Positions 22,968-33,621 of a stretch of 64,000 nucleotides of DNA are shown piece by piece (position 1 is the stretch's first letter; each line of letters opens with the position of its first letter). Both the position numbers and the translations under genes were made by a program. The stretch lies in contig CAVSIV010000002.1 of assembly GCA_963728205.1 (NCBI GenBank), forward strand, positions 416,001-480,000, given 5' to 3'. Under the pieces are notes generated by a model. It ran no database searches and had not been told where the DNA came from. It saw only the letters and a list, made by a program, of their open reading frames with translations. The stretch comes from an uncultured Chloroflexia bacterium (lineage in GTDB: Bacteria > Chloroflexota > Dehalococcoidia > UBA2979).

Positions 22968-24095
22968 TCAGTGGTCGCGGCGTCGCGCGGCGGGGCGCCG
23001 CGCGTGCGTGTTCGCCGGCGCGCGGTCGATGCGCCGCGGACCGGGCTCGGCGCCGAGCGGCTGCACCCGGTCGTCGTCTTCGACCTCGACGGCGACGGCT
23101 GCGGGACGCGCCATGCCTCCGCGTACGCCGCCCATCGAGACGCGAGCGCGCCAGCGCCGAACGGCGGACGGCGCGTCCCACACGAGCCAGAACGAGAGCA
23201 TCGCGTACAGCGAGCCGGCGACGCAGTCGACGACATAATGCTCACCCATGTAGACGACCGCGAAGGTCATCAGCACCGGGTAGAGGACGGTGAGCCAGGA
23301 CCAGCGCCCCGGCCACAGCCGCGTCGCCACGAGGAACACGAGGAACGGATAGCCGATGTGCAGTGACGGCATCGCGGCGTACGGGTTGGGATCGATCCAC
23401 TGGTAGACGGTGAAGAACGGTCTGAAGAGGACGAAGTGGCCGACCGTGTACGCAAAGACATCGGTGAGCGGTTGCACGGCACCCTGCGCGTAGGCCAGCC
23501 GCGGCGGCATCGCCGGGAAGATCGCGTAGGTCGCGAAGCCCAGGTAGGAGAGCACGAGGACGGCGAGGACGTAGCGCCAGTAGGTGCGCCGGTCGTGGCG
23601 CAGCCAGAGCCAGAACGCGAGGCCGAGCACGCCGACGAAGTGCACGAAATACAGTCCGGTGGCGAAGACGTCGATGGGACCGACGTGGCCCGGCACGTAC
23701 AGCAGGTGCTGGAGCCGCACGGTCGGGATCGGCGTCCCGAAGAGCAGGCGCTCGAGCGACGCGATGTCGCCGACGTGGATGTGCCCGTCCCAGTGCAGCG
23801 ACAGGCCGCGGAACTCCTCGTACGCGAGCAGCAGGAGCGCGAAGGGGATCCAGTCCGCGAGGAACGTCTTGCCGCGCCGCATCACGATGGCAAGCGGGAA
23901 GAACGCCAGCGCGAGCAGATCGATCGTCGGGAAGTAGCCGTCGACCACGAGCAGCGCGGTGACGACGGCGAGGTAGATCAGGAAGCCGACCGAGATCAGC
24001 CGCCACTCGGTGCGCCCGAAGGCCGTGCGCGGTTGCTCGGACGGCGTGCCGCCCTCCGCCGGCTCGCGGTCGGTCGGCGGCACGCGGTCGCTCAT
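22968..24095 (-). CDS. PAP2-family membrane phosphatase (Aur1 / IPC-synthase-like)
   Basis: FPAMPP, AAMPSLH and GEHYVVD; multiple TM segments. Confidence 0.88.
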   Translation of the reverse strand: MSDRVPPTDREPAEGGTPSEQPRTAFGRTEWRLISVGFLIYLAVVTALLVVDGYFPTIDLLALAFFPLAIVMRRGKTFLADWIPFALLLLAYEEFRGLSLHWDGHIHVGDIASLERLLFGTPIPTVRLQHLLYVPGHVGPIDVFATGLYFVHFVGVLGLAFWLWLRHDRRTYWRYVLAVLVLSYLGFATYAIFPAMPPRLAYAQGAVQPLTDVFAYTVGHFVLFRPFFTVYQWIDPNPYAAMPSLHIGYPFLVFLVATRLWPGRWSWLTVLYPVLMTFAVVYMGEHYVVDCVAGSLYAMLSFWLVWDAPSAVRRWRARVSMGGVRGGMARPAAVAVEVEDDDRVQPLGAEPGPRRIDRAPANTHARRPAARRRDH

Positions 24096-25390
24096 GCGGC
24101 GCTCCCGGTGCCCGCGGTGGTGAGCTCGGGCGCGTCGCTCGTGGCGGCGGCGGTGGCGGACGCGGCGCGGCGCGCATGGCGGCGGTAGCCGAGCGCGATC
24201 GCGACGCCGGCGATGCAGACCATCCCCATCTCGACAGTCGCGAGCTGGACGCCCTGGCGCTCGGCCAGCGAACCGACGATCACGCTCCCGATGGGAGTGC
24301 TACCGGCAAAGAGCAGCATGTAGATGCTCATGACGCGTCCTCGCAGGGCGGCCGGCGCGGTGAGCTGGAGGCGGGTGTTCGCGGTCGCTGTAAACAGGAT
24401 ACTGAACAGGCCCAGCACGACCAGCAGCGGCAGCGTCGCCGGCCACCAGCGCGAGCAGGCGACCGCGACGAGCGCCAGGCTGAAGCCGGACGCGCCGATG
24501 AACAGCGTGCGCTCGGTGGCGCGGCCGCGGTACGCGATCCAGACCGATGCGACCAGCGAGCCGACCGCCATCGCGGAGGTGAGCGCCCCAAAGCCGAGCG
24601 GGCCGGCGCGCAGCACGTACTTCGCGATCAACGGGAGCAGGACCGTGAAGTTGTACCCGAAGGTCCCCAGGATGCCCATCATGATCAGGACGATCGCGAT
24701 GTCCGGCGTACCGACGGCGTACCGCAGTCCCTCGCCGATCTGGCGCAGCATGCGACCGTGGGCCCGCGCGGGCGGGGCGAGCAGCCGATCCGGGCGCAGC
24801 ATGAACAGCGCCGCGAGCACGCCGACGTACGAGACGGCGTTCAGGTAGAACGTGCCGGCGATGCCGATCAGCGCGATGGTCGCCCCGCCGAGGCCGGGAC
24901 CGACGATGCGCGCCGCGTTGAACTGCGTCGAGTTGAGGGCCACGGCGTTCGGGAGGTCTTCGGGACCGACCATCTCCACCACGAACGCCTGCCGTGTCGG
25001 GTTGTCGATGGCGGACGCGATGCCGAGCACGGCGGCGAGCACGTAGACGTACTCCACGCGCACGAGCCCCGTGGACGTGAGCACCGCGAGCACGGCGGCC
25101 TGCGCGAGCATCACGCTCTGCGTCACGAGCAGGATCCGGCGCTTCGGGAAGCGGTCGGCGATCACGCCACCGAACAGCGAGAACGCGAGGATCGGCGTGA
25201 ACTGGATGGTCGTGACGAGACCGAGCGCCAGCGGGGAGTTCGTCAGCCGGAGCACCAGCCATGCCTGGCCGATGCTCTGCATCCAGGTGCCGGTGACGGA
25301 GACGAGCTGGCCGAACCAGAAGAGGCGGTAGTTGGGGTTGCTCAGCGCGCGGAACGTGCGCTGGACCCCCTCGCGGGGGTGGCGATACAT
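24092..25390 (-). CDS. MFS transporter
   Basis: NYRLFWFGQLVS, GGVIADRFPKRR and LRGRVMS; about 12 TM segments. Confidence 0.93.
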   Translation of the reverse strand: MYRHPREGVQRTFRALSNPNYRLFWFGQLVSVTGTWMQSIGQAWLVLRLTNSPLALGLVTTIQFTPILAFSLFGGVIADRFPKRRILLVTQSVMLAQAAVLAVLTSTGLVRVEYVYVLAAVLGIASAIDNPTRQAFVVEMVGPEDLPNAVALNSTQFNAARIVGPGLGGATIALIGIAGTFYLNAVSYVGVLAALFMLRPDRLLAPPARAHGRMLRQIGEGLRYAVGTPDIAIVLIMMGILGTFGYNFTVLLPLIAKYVLRAGPLGFGALTSAMAVGSLVASVWIAYRGRATERTLFIGASGFSLALVAVACSRWWPATLPLLVVLGLFSILFTATANTRLQLTAPAALRGRVMSIYMLLFAGSTPIGSVIVGSLAERQGVQLATVEMGMVCIAGVAIALGYRRHARRAASATAAATSDAPELTTAGTGSAA

Positions 25391-25528
25391 CGAGGGGTTC
25401 CTTCTACGGGCGATCCCGCGAGAGGCGCGCCTGTGCCGGCCGCTGAACGCGCCGCCGGCTGAGGTGATGCGTCAGAACAAGATGATACGGTATCGCCGTA
25501 GTACATGGGAAGCCGCAGAGGAGTTGGG

Positions 25529-25927
25529 TTACGCGCCGCCGGGGCGCCGGAGCTGCTCCTCCACCCGTTCCAGCAACTCGTCGAGGTCGAACGGCTTGGC
25601 GATGATCGAGGCGGCACCGGGGAGCGAGCGGCGCGTCTCGTCCGTGATGCGGCGCGCCGTGACGACGATCACCGCCGGCGCCGCTGCGTCGCCGATGCGG
25701 CTGCGCAACTCGCGGTAGAACGTGACGCCGTCCATCACCGGCATCATCAGGTCGAGCACGATGACGTCGGGACGCTCCGCCTGGACGCTGTCGAGGGCCT
25801 GGGAGCCGTCGCCCGCCGTACCGACGTCATAGCCCTCGTCGGTGAACACGGCTTCGAGCATGGAGCGGATTGCGGGATCGTCGTCGACCACGAGGATGCG
25901 CGCAGTCTGCGTGGGTGCGTTCTTCAT
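25529..25927 (-). CDS. Single-domain response regulator
   Basis: ILVVDDD, LDLMMPVMDG and AKPFD. Confidence 0.9.
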   Translation of the reverse strand: MKNAPTQTARILVVDDDPAIRSMLEAVFTDEGYDVGTAGDGSQALDSVQAERPDVIVLDLMMPVMDGVTFYRELRSRIGDAAAPAVIVVTARRITDETRRSLPGAASIIAKPFDLDELLERVEEQLRRPGGA

Positions 25928-26195
25928 GGCTCCACTCTGCCTATACGGACCGGTCTCCGCCGGCATGGGGCATGCCTGCCGCACGTCTCCCACACATCGA
26001 GCCTCACAGACGCACACAACCCCGGCTCCGGCCGCGCTCCCACGCCGGTCGGCGCCTCGGACTCTGGTGCCGCGAGCCGAGGCCAACGCTAGCGAACGTG
26101 GGCGTCCGGAGGGAAGAGGGCGATCCCCGAGTCCCGTCGATCTGCAACGATGTTGCAAGTGTCATATCACGAGCCGGAAGTTGGCGTGCGGCCGC

Positions 26196-27977
26196 TTACG
26201 TCTCGTCGATCGCCTCCGCGACCTCCTCGAGATCGAGCATGCCGACCAGCCGATCCGGCGCGCCGGGATCGACGACCGGCAGTTGGAGCACGTCGGCGTC
26301 CGCCATGCGTGCGTGAGCGTCGCGCAGGCTCTCCACCGTGGACGCCGTGATCACCTCGCGCGACATCGACTCGCCGACGCTCGCCTGACCGGCTTCTCGC
26401 GCGCGGAGGAGGTCGAGGATGGTGAACATGCCGACGAGCCGCCCCTCCTCGACGACGGGCAGGGCGCGCAGGCGGGATGCCTCCATCAGGTGCTCCGCCG
26501 CGTCGAGTGGGCTGCCGGGCGCAACGGTCTGGGGATCGGGCAGCATGACGTCGCCGACGGTGAGGCCGGCGTGCAGCGTGGTCTCGATCTCGCGGCGGTG
26601 CGACGGCGACTGCTCGCGCGTGGCGACCTGGCTCTCGTAGATGCTGACCTGCCCGCTGACGAGGTACGCCATCGACGCCGCGAGCATCGCCGGCACGATC
26701 ATGCTGAACTCGCCCGTCATCTCGACGACCATCAACGTGACCGCCACCGGCGCATTCGCGATGCCCCCGAACAGCGCCATCATGCCGACGATGACGAACG
26801 GCCCCGCGGTCGGCGTGAGCGCGAAGGCGTGGCCCGTCGAGAGGACGGCCCACAGCGCCCCGCCGAGCGCCCCGCCGATGACCAGCCCCGGCGCGAAGAC
26901 GCCGCCGCTGCCGCCGGAGCCGATGGTGAGCGACGTGCCCACGATCTTCGCGACGACGAGCAGCAGCATCGTGCCGTAGGCGAGGCGGGCGGTGTTGCCG
27001 TCGATCGCGTACTGGAGCCAGCCATAGCCGGTGCCGGTCACCTGGGGCAGCCAGATCGCGATGACGCCGACCACGAGGCCGGCGATCGCGGGCTTCACGT
27101 GCGGGGGGAGCGGGATCCGGCGGAAGAAGTCGCGCGTGCGGTAGAACGACAGGACGTAGACGCGCCCGACGACCCCGCACGCGACGCCGAGCACGGTGTA
27201 CCAGATGAGCGCCAGCGGGTCGGAGAAGGTGAAGCCGGACTGGCCGAAGATCGGCGAGAAACCGGACCACACGGCGTAGATCGTGAAGCCGATCGCCGAG
27301 GCGATGAAGCCCGGGATGATCGCCGACGCCTCGAAATCGCGCCGGTAGGGCACCTCGGCGCCGAGGATCGCGCCGCCGAACGGCGCCTTGAAGATCGAGC
27401 CGATCCCGGCGCCGATGCCGACCGCGATCGCCGTGCGGCGGTCGCGCTGGTCGAGGCGCAGCAGCTCGCCCAGCCACGACGCGAAGCCGGCGGAGATCTG
27501 CGCGGTCGGGCCCTCGCGGCCCGCGCTGCCGCCCGAGCCGATCGTGATCGCGGAGGCGACGAGCTTCACCGCCGGGATGCGCGGGCGGATGCGGCCGGCC
27601 GTCTCATGCAGCGCCTTGATCGCGGCGTCGGTGCCGTGGCCCTCGGCCTCGGGAGCGAGCGTGAACACGATCACGCCGCTCAGCAGCCCGCCCGCGCCCA
27701 CGATCACGGGCAGCAGCCAGCGACGCGTGGGCCCGACCGGCGTGCTCGTCAGCGCCTCGCCGCGCGGCAGCGGCGGCACGTAGCCGGCGCCGAGCTCCAG
27801 GAAGAGGTGTGTGGCGAGGTGGATCGCGGCGGAGAAGAGGATCGCGCCGACGCCGGCGGCGATGCCAATCAGCACGCCGAGCACGACCCAGCGGCGCAAG
27901 TAGCCGCCGAGCACACGGTTGCGCAGCGTGACGAAGCGGTGGCGCGGCGGCGGAGCGGGCAGCGGACCTTCGTGCAC
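26196..27977 (-). CDS. ClC-family chloride channel/antiporter with a C-terminal CBS pair
   Basis: GSGGSAGREGP, GGSGGVFAP and C-terminal CBS repeats. Confidence 0.93.
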   Translation of the reverse strand: MHEGPLPAPPPRHRFVTLRNRVLGGYLRRWVVLGVLIGIAAGVGAILFSAAIHLATHLFLELGAGYVPPLPRGEALTSTPVGPTRRWLLPVIVGAGGLLSGVIVFTLAPEAEGHGTDAAIKALHETAGRIRPRIPAVKLVASAITIGSGGSAGREGPTAQISAGFASWLGELLRLDQRDRRTAIAVGIGAGIGSIFKAPFGGAILGAEVPYRRDFEASAIIPGFIASAIGFTIYAVWSGFSPIFGQSGFTFSDPLALIWYTVLGVACGVVGRVYVLSFYRTRDFFRRIPLPPHVKPAIAGLVVGVIAIWLPQVTGTGYGWLQYAIDGNTARLAYGTMLLLVVAKIVGTSLTIGSGGSGGVFAPGLVIGGALGGALWAVLSTGHAFALTPTAGPFVIVGMMALFGGIANAPVAVTLMVVEMTGEFSMIVPAMLAASMAYLVSGQVSIYESQVATREQSPSHRREIETTLHAGLTVGDVMLPDPQTVAPGSPLDAAEHLMEASRLRALPVVEEGRLVGMFTILDLLRAREAGQASVGESMSREVITASTVESLRDAHARMADADVLQLPVVDPGAPDRLVGMLDLEEVAEAIDET

Positions 27978-28016
27978 GCACCCCTGCCGATCCCGCCCGG
28001 CGCCGCCGCTCGCGTG

Positions 28017-28445
28017 CTAGAGCAGCGGCTCCGGCTCGCCCGGCACCACGCCCGGGCGGACGAGGATCGCGGGCACGTTCACCGCGTCGAGCACGTCCTC
28101 CGAGACGCTGCCGAACATCATCTTGCTGACGCCCCTGCGCCGGTGCGTGGCCATCACCACGAGGTCGACGTCCTTCTCGCGGATGGCGTCGGCGATCACG
28201 CGCGCGGGCTCGCCGTCCACTGCAAAGTAGCCGATCCCCTCGACGTCGCGGAGCGCGGCGATGCGCTCGTTGAGCCGGCGCTCGAGCTCGGCACGCTTGC
28301 CGGGCGCCTCGAGGTCGTCAACGGCCTCCCCCACCGTGAGCAGCACCAGCTGCGACGGCTGGCCGCAGCCGCGGGCGATGTCCTCCGCGTAGGCGATCGC
28401 CGACTGCGAGAGCGCCGAGCCGTCGACGGGCACGAGGATGCGCAT
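28017..28445 (-). CDS. Universal stress protein
   Basis: MRILVPVDGS, DLVVMATH and GSVSEDVL. Confidence 0.9.
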   Translation of the reverse strand: MRILVPVDGSALSQSAIAYAEDIARGCGQPSQLVLLTVGEAVDDLEAPGKRAELERRLNERIAALRDVEGIGYFAVDGEPARVIADAIREKDVDLVVMATHRRRGVSKMMFGSVSEDVLDAVNVPAILVRPGVVPGEPEPLL

Positions 28446-28483
28446 GCGTTCCTGCCTCTCCGGTGCGCCGCCCGCGGTCCCGC

Positions 28484-29014
28484 TCAGCGCGCCCCTGCGG
28501 GCTCGCGGCCGCCGGCGAGCACGCCGAGCAGCCCACGCGTGAAGTCCGGCAGGTCGCCCGGCGCGCGCGACGTCACGAGGTTGCCGTCGACGACGACCGG
28601 CTCGTCCACCCACTCGGCGCCCGCGTGCCGCAGGTCGTCGCGGATCGACGGGAACGACGTGACGCGGCGGCCGGCCACCACCTCGGCCGACGCGAGCATC
28701 CACGCCGCGTGGCAGACCGCGGCGACCGGCTTGCCGGCGGCGTGCATGGCGCGCACGAGGGCGACCATGCGCTCGTCGCGGCGCATGTGGTCCGGCGCGT
28801 AGCCGCCGGGGATCACGAGCGCCTCGAGCCCGGCGGCGTCGACGTCGGCGGAGGCGACGTCGGAGGTGACAGGATAGCCGTGCTTGCCGGTGTAGGCGTG
28901 GCCGGCCTCGCGGCCGATCAGGCGGACGTCGAATCCCGCCTCCTGCAGGCGGTAGTACGGGTAGATGAGCTCGGGGTCTTCGAACATGTCGGCGACGAGC
29001 ATGCCGATGGTCAT
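28484..29014 (-). CDS. PfpI / DJ-1 family protein
   Basis: FEDPE, IPGG, AAVCHA and VVVDGNLVTSR. Confidence 0.92.
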   Translation of the reverse strand: MTIGMLVADMFEDPELIYPYYRLQEAGFDVRLIGREAGHAYTGKHGYPVTSDVASADVDAAGLEALVIPGGYAPDHMRRDERMVALVRAMHAAGKPVAAVCHAAWMLASAEVVAGRRVTSFPSIRDDLRHAGAEWVDEPVVVDGNLVTSRAPGDLPDFTRGLLGVLAGGREPAGAR

Positions 29015-29090
29015 CGGGGCCTCCTCGCGGGTGCGTCGAGTGGGGCGGTCACGGATCGATCGTACCGAGCGGCGCGAGCGGTCTCCGGCG

Positions 29091-29477
29091 TCAGCGGAAA
29101 GCACGCGCGAGCAACGGGCGTGCGTGGCTGACGACGGCGTAGCCGGCCTCCCGCAGGCGCCAGGCGAGGGGGAGGTCCAGCAGCCCCGCGAGCGCGCCGC
29201 CCGGCAGCATGCGCAGGGTGCGCGTGACGCTCTCGCCGCCGTGGTACTCGCGGCCGCCCGGGAGCACGAGGTGCGCCATCGCTGCCACCTCGTGCTCGCT
29301 GAGCGCAGTCAGCCAGCCGCGGCCGTAGACGTCCTGGAACGGCACGACCGCGAGCGGCAGCCGCGCGTGGCGCTGCGCGAAGCGCGCGACCCACGTGCAG
29401 AACGGGCACGACCCGTCGTAGACGAGGACCGGCTGCGCGGGCGGGACGGCGGCGCGGGTCGGCGGGTGGTAGGCCAT
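29091..29477 (-). CDS. DCC (DUF393) thiol-disulfide oxidoreductase-like protein
   Basis: VLVYDGSCPFC. Confidence 0.82.
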   Translation of the reverse strand: MAYHPPTRAAVPPAQPVLVYDGSCPFCTWVARFAQRHARLPLAVVPFQDVYGRGWLTALSEHEVAAMAHLVLPGGREYHGGESVTRTLRMLPGGALAGLLDLPLAWRLREAGYAVVSHARPLLARAFR

Positions 29478-29619
29478 CGCGATCGAGGGTACGGCCGCGG
29501 TGCGAGAATACCGCAGCATCTCAAGATAGTCACGATCCATGCGATTATCACGATCGCGCACGATGGTGTCGCCGGCGCTGGCGCCGCGAGGGGCCCGCGC
29601 CGGTCGGCGAGAGCAAGGC

Positions 29620-31002
29620 TCAGTCGAGGCTGCGCATGCGGGGCGAGAAGGCGAGCACCGAGAGCGCGATCACGACCATCAGCACGGCGGTGCCACCGAG
29701 CGCGGCCTGCGCCCCGAAGATCGACGAGAGCACGCCGACGATGAACGTGCCCAGCGACGTCAGCCCGAACTGCAGCATGTAGACGCTCATCACGCGGCCC
29801 CGGTGATCGTCGTCGGTGTAGGACTGCACCAGCACCTGGCTGTACGACTGGCGCCCGGCCTGGCCGATGCCCATCAGCGCCATCACCGGGGCGGTCAGCC
29901 AGAACCACGTCGACCAGGAGAAGACGATCAACATGACACCCTGGAACAGGGACGTGAGCAGGTAGAGCAGCCCCCGGCGCTTCGGCGGCAGGCCGGCGAT
30001 CACCAGCGCGCCCAGCAGCGAGCCGCCACCCGTCAGGCTCAGCAGCACCCCGAGCTTCGCCGGTCCCTCGTGAAGCACGCTCGAGACGAAGCCCGGGAGC
30101 AGGAACAGGTACGGCATCGACATCAGGATCAGCAGCACGTTGACGCCGAGGAGCAGTCGGACCGTCGGCTCGCTCCGGATGTAGCGCAGCCCGTCGAGCA
30201 GCCCCGCCGCGCTCTTCTCCTGGCCCGCGTGGCGCGGTCGCTCGTCGTCCGCGTCGCGGTCCGCGTAGAACGCCGGGTCCGGGTCGCCGGGCACCTTGAT
30301 CAGCGCGACCGTCGCCCACAGGTATGCGGCCGTCATCAGGAAATAGACGAGCGACGGGCTGAAGATCGCAAGCAGGTACCCGCCGAGGGCGGGCGCCAGC
30401 ATGCGCATCGAGTTCATGCCGGCGGAGCTGAGCGCCACCGCGTTCATCAGCCGCTTCATGCCGACGATCTCGGGGATCATCGCCTGCCGCGCCGGCATCA
30501 TCAGCGCCATGATGATGCCCTGCAGCACCGCCGCGACGAGCAGCGCCGGGTAGCTCAGCATCCCCATCACGATGAACACGGCGATCCAGAGCGCGTTGAC
30601 CGCGCTCAGGAACTGCCCCGCCATCACCACGTACTTCTTCTTGCGCACGCGATCGGCGAGCACGCCGCCGTGCAGCGAGAGCACGATCATCGGCGCCGCG
30701 CCGGCGAACGAGACGACGCCGAGGTCCGCGTACGACCCCGTGAGCTGGTAGACGAGATAGCCGCGCACGAGCATCTGCATGTTCAGCGAGGCCATCTGGC
30801 CCATCATCGCCGCGAAGAACCAGCGGAAGCCGCGGTGCCCGAGCGAGTCGAACATCGACGACGCGAATGCGCGGCCGCGCGACGGGGGCGGTGCGGAGGG
30901 TGGGGTTGCGCCGGAGGGCGCCGTCGCGACGGTGGCGTGGTCGGGGTGATCGTGCTCGTGTCCGCGGGCGGCGGACCGTCGGCTCGTGGACTCGATGCTC
31001 AC
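29620..31002 (-). CDS. MFS transporter
   Basis: GGVLADRV, PARQAMIPEIV and RGRVMS; about 12 TM segments. Confidence 0.92.
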   Translation of the reverse strand: MSIESTSRRSAARGHEHDHPDHATVATAPSGATPPSAPPPSRGRAFASSMFDSLGHRGFRWFFAAMMGQMASLNMQMLVRGYLVYQLTGSYADLGVVSFAGAAPMIVLSLHGGVLADRVRKKKYVVMAGQFLSAVNALWIAVFIVMGMLSYPALLVAAVLQGIIMALMMPARQAMIPEIVGMKRLMNAVALSSAGMNSMRMLAPALGGYLLAIFSPSLVYFLMTAAYLWATVALIKVPGDPDPAFYADRDADDERPRHAGQEKSAAGLLDGLRYIRSEPTVRLLLGVNVLLILMSMPYLFLLPGFVSSVLHEGPAKLGVLLSLTGGGSLLGALVIAGLPPKRRGLLYLLTSLFQGVMLIVFSWSTWFWLTAPVMALMGIGQAGRQSYSQVLVQSYTDDDHRGRVMSVYMLQFGLTSLGTFIVGVLSSIFGAQAALGGTAVLMVVIALSVLAFSPRMRSLD

Positions 31003-31212
31003 TACGGCTCCGCTCGCGGCAATGGCTCCGCCCGCGCGGTGGAGCGGACCCGCAACGGCTGACGTTCACGGGAAAGTTAGCTGTCCTTCCACCCTACCAC
31101 TCGACCCCCCGACGATCCCCGGGCGGCCCGCGCCGAACCCTGTGCACTCCTGTGCGCCTTACGGCGAACGGGCCCCATCACGCGCCCGCCCCGCCCATGT
31201 ATCATTCGTTAC

Positions 31213-31764
31213 ATGCAGGAGCAGACGACGCGCGAGGGCTGGCTGCTCGTCTCCTACCACGTCCCGACGCACCCGAGCGCGCTGCGCGTCGCCACCTGGC
31301 GCGCGCTGAAGCAGCACGGGGCGGTGCCGCTGGGCTACGGGCTCTACGCGCTGCCGGCGACCGACGCGAACCGGGAGGCGCTCTCGTCGGTGGTCGCGCG
31401 CATCACCGACGGCGGCGGCGAGGCGATCGCGTTCCGCGCGACGGCGCTCACCGCGGTCGACGCGGGCGCGCTGCGCGCGAAGTTCGAGGCCGCGCGCCTC
31501 GACGAGTACGCGCAGGTCGTGAAGAGCGCGCGCAAGCTCGTCGCGCACATCGGCCGGGAAGAGGACGAGGGCGACTTCCGCTACGCGGAGGTCGAGAGCC
31601 TCGAAGAGGAGCTGAACAAGGTGCGGCGCCAGCTCGCGCTGGTCGCGAACCGGGGCGGCGGCGACCTGCCGGCCCACGCGGAGGCGCGCGCGGCGGTGAC
31701 CGACGCCGAGGAGCGGTTGCAGGCCTATCTCGACCGGGCCTACAGAGAGGACTGTCGATCATGA
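31213..31764 (+). CDS. ChrB N-terminal-domain-like protein
   Basis: WLLVSYHVPTHPSALRVATWRALKQHGA...EYAQV. Confidence 0.75.
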   Translation: MQEQTTREGWLLVSYHVPTHPSALRVATWRALKQHGAVPLGYGLYALPATDANREALSSVVARITDGGGEAIAFRATALTAVDAGALRAKFEAARLDEYAQVVKSARKLVAHIGREEDEGDFRYAEVESLEEELNKVRRQLALVANRGGGDLPAHAEARAAVTDAEERLQAYLDRAYREDCRS

Positions 31765-31801
31765 TGCGCAGGGGTGGGAGCATCCGGAGCGGGGGCGGCT
31801 C

Positions 31802-32578
31802 GTGAGCATGTTGCTGCTGGTACTGGCGTCGTTCCTCGCATCGACCGTCGAGGTCGTCGAGGCGTTTACGATCGTGCTCGCGGTCGGCCTCACGCACGGC
31901 TGGCGCGCCGCGGCCGTCGGCGTGGCGGCCGCCGCCGGGCTGCTGATCATCGTGGTCGCCGCGCTCGGGCCGGCGCTCGTGCTGATCCCGATCAGCGTGC
32001 TGCAGGTCGTCGTCGGCCTGCTGCTCGTGATCTTCGGGATGCAGTGGCTGCGCAAGGCGATCCAGCGTCGCGCCGGGCTGAAGGCGCTGCACGACGAGGA
32101 CCTGATTTTCGAGCGCGACATGCGCGAGTTCGCGATCGACGGGCCGGTCGACGGCTTCGACTGGGCGGGCTTCACGCTCTCGTTCAAGGGCGTGTTCCTC
32201 GAGGGGCTCGAGGTTGCGTTCATCGTGGTCACGTTCGGCGCGAACGCGCATCACGACCTGGCGGTCAACGCCTTCGTGCTCACCGGTCTCGGCGCGCTGG
32301 CGGCGATGGTGCTGGTGCTCGCGGTGGGCGTGGTCGTGCGAGCGCCGCTGGCGCGCGTGCCCGAGAACGACCTCAAGTTCGCGGTCGGCACGCTGCTGAC
32401 GGCGTTCGGCAGCTTCTGGATCGGGGAGGGCGTCGGCGTCCGGTGGGCCGGAAGCGACGCGATGATCCTCGGGCTCGTCGTACTGTACGGGCTGTTCGCG
32501 TGGGCGGCCTCGACCATGCTCGCGCGCCGCGCGGCGCAGCCCGCGACGGCGCAGGTGGAGCCGGAGGTGGCGTCGTGA
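31802..32578 (+). CDS. COG4280 / GDT1-like membrane protein
   Basis: VEVVEAFTIVLAVG, FGMQWLRKAI and FKGVFLEGLEV. Confidence 0.8.
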   Translation: MSMLLLVLASFLASTVEVVEAFTIVLAVGLTHGWRAAAVGVAAAAGLLIIVVAALGPALVLIPISVLQVVVGLLLVIFGMQWLRKAIQRRAGLKALHDEDLIFERDMREFAIDGPVDGFDWAGFTLSFKGVFLEGLEVAFIVVTFGANAHHDLAVNAFVLTGLGALAAMVLVLAVGVVVRAPLARVPENDLKFAVGTLLTAFGSFWIGEGVGVRWAGSDAMILGLVVLYGLFAWAASTMLARRAAQPATAQVEPEVAS

Positions 32579-32580
32579 TC

Positions 32581-32781
32581 ATGCGCAGGATTCGCGGCTT
32601 CGGCGCGTTCTGGTACGACTTCATCGTCGGCGACTCGAAGATCCTGGCGGTCGGCGGACCGGCCGTGCTGCTCGTCGCGTACCTCACGGTGCGCGGCGGC
32701 GTCCCGACGCTGGGGGAGGCGCTGATCCCCCTGGGGGTCGTCGGCACGCTGGCACTGAGCCTGCGACAGGCGGCGAAGTAG
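32581..32781 (+). CDS. Small membrane protein
   Basis: MRRIRGFGAFWYDFIVGD followed by two hydrophobic segments; translationally coupled to the upstream gene. Confidence 0.65.
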   Translation: MRRIRGFGAFWYDFIVGDSKILAVGGPAVLLVAYLTVRGGVPTLGEALIPLGVVGTLALSLRQAAK

Positions 32782-32850
32782 GCGCGTGTCCGCGGAACGG
32801 TGGGGCCGCGCCCGGAAACAGCGGACCGACGCCCCCTGCTCGCCTCCGCC

Positions 32851-33621
32851 CTACGTGCTCAGGCCCTGGCCGCTCAGCCTGCGGTTCTTCGTCTTCGCCT
32901 TGATGTAGTCGCGGTTCATGTAGGCGATGAAGTCGATGCTGATGCCCTTCGGGCACGCGTACTGGCACTCGCCGTGGCTCGTGCACGAGCCGAAGTACTG
33001 ATCCATCGTCTCGACCATCGCCTCGGTGCGCTTCCAGCGCTCGGCCTGGCCTTGCGGCATCAGGTTGAGGTGCTGGAGCTTCGCGGCCGTGAACAGCGAC
33101 GCCGCGCCGTTCGGGCACGCGGCCACGCAGGCCCCGCAGCCGATGCACTCCGCCGCGTCCATCGCCGCGTCGGAGACGTCCTTCGGCACCGGGATCAGGT
33201 TGGCCTCGGGCGCGGAGCCCGTGTTCACGGAGATGTAGCCGCCCGCCTCGATGATGCGGTCGAACGGCGAGCGGTCGACCACGAGGTCGCGGATCAGCGG
33301 GAACGACGCGGCGCGCCACGGCTCGACGATGATCTCGTCGCCGTCGCGGAACAGCCGCATGTGCAGCTGGCAGGTCGCGGTGCGGAAGCCGGGCCCGTGC
33401 GCCTGGCCGTTGATCATGACGCCGCAGGAGCCGCAGATGCCCTCGCGGCAGTCGTGATCGAACGCGATCGGCTCGGTGCCCTGCGCGATCAGCCGCTCGT
33501 TCACCACGTCGAGGACCTCGAGGAACGACATGTCCTCGGTGACCTCGGTGGCCTGGTACGTCTCGAAGCGTCCTGGGGCGTCGGGGCCGGCCTGACGCCA
33601 CACCTTGAGCGTGAGGTTCAC
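32851..33621 (-). CDS. sdhB: Succinate dehydrogenase / fumarate reductase Fe-S subunit
   Basis: [21 protein letters not shown] and [12 protein letters not shown]. Confidence 0.95.
   Translation of the reverse strand: MNLTLKVWRQAGPDAPGRFETYQATEVTEDMSFLEVLDVVNERLIAQGTEPIAFDHDCREGICGSCGVMINGQAHGPGFRTATCQLHMRLFRDGDEIIVEPWRAASFPLIRDLVVDRSPFDRIIEAGGYISVNTGSAPEANLIPVPKDVSDAAMDAAECIGCGACVAACPNGAASLFTAAKLQHLNLMPQGQAERWKRTEAMVETMDQYFGSCTSHGECQYACPKGISIDFIAYMNRDYIKAKTKNRRLSGQGLST

Noticed and set aside
31017-31070. GGCAATGGCTCCGCC...GCTGACG resembling a fluoride riboswitch
   Set aside because: The pseudoknot complement and 3' consensus are missing, and the nearby ClC lacks fluoride-type signatures and lies on the other strand.
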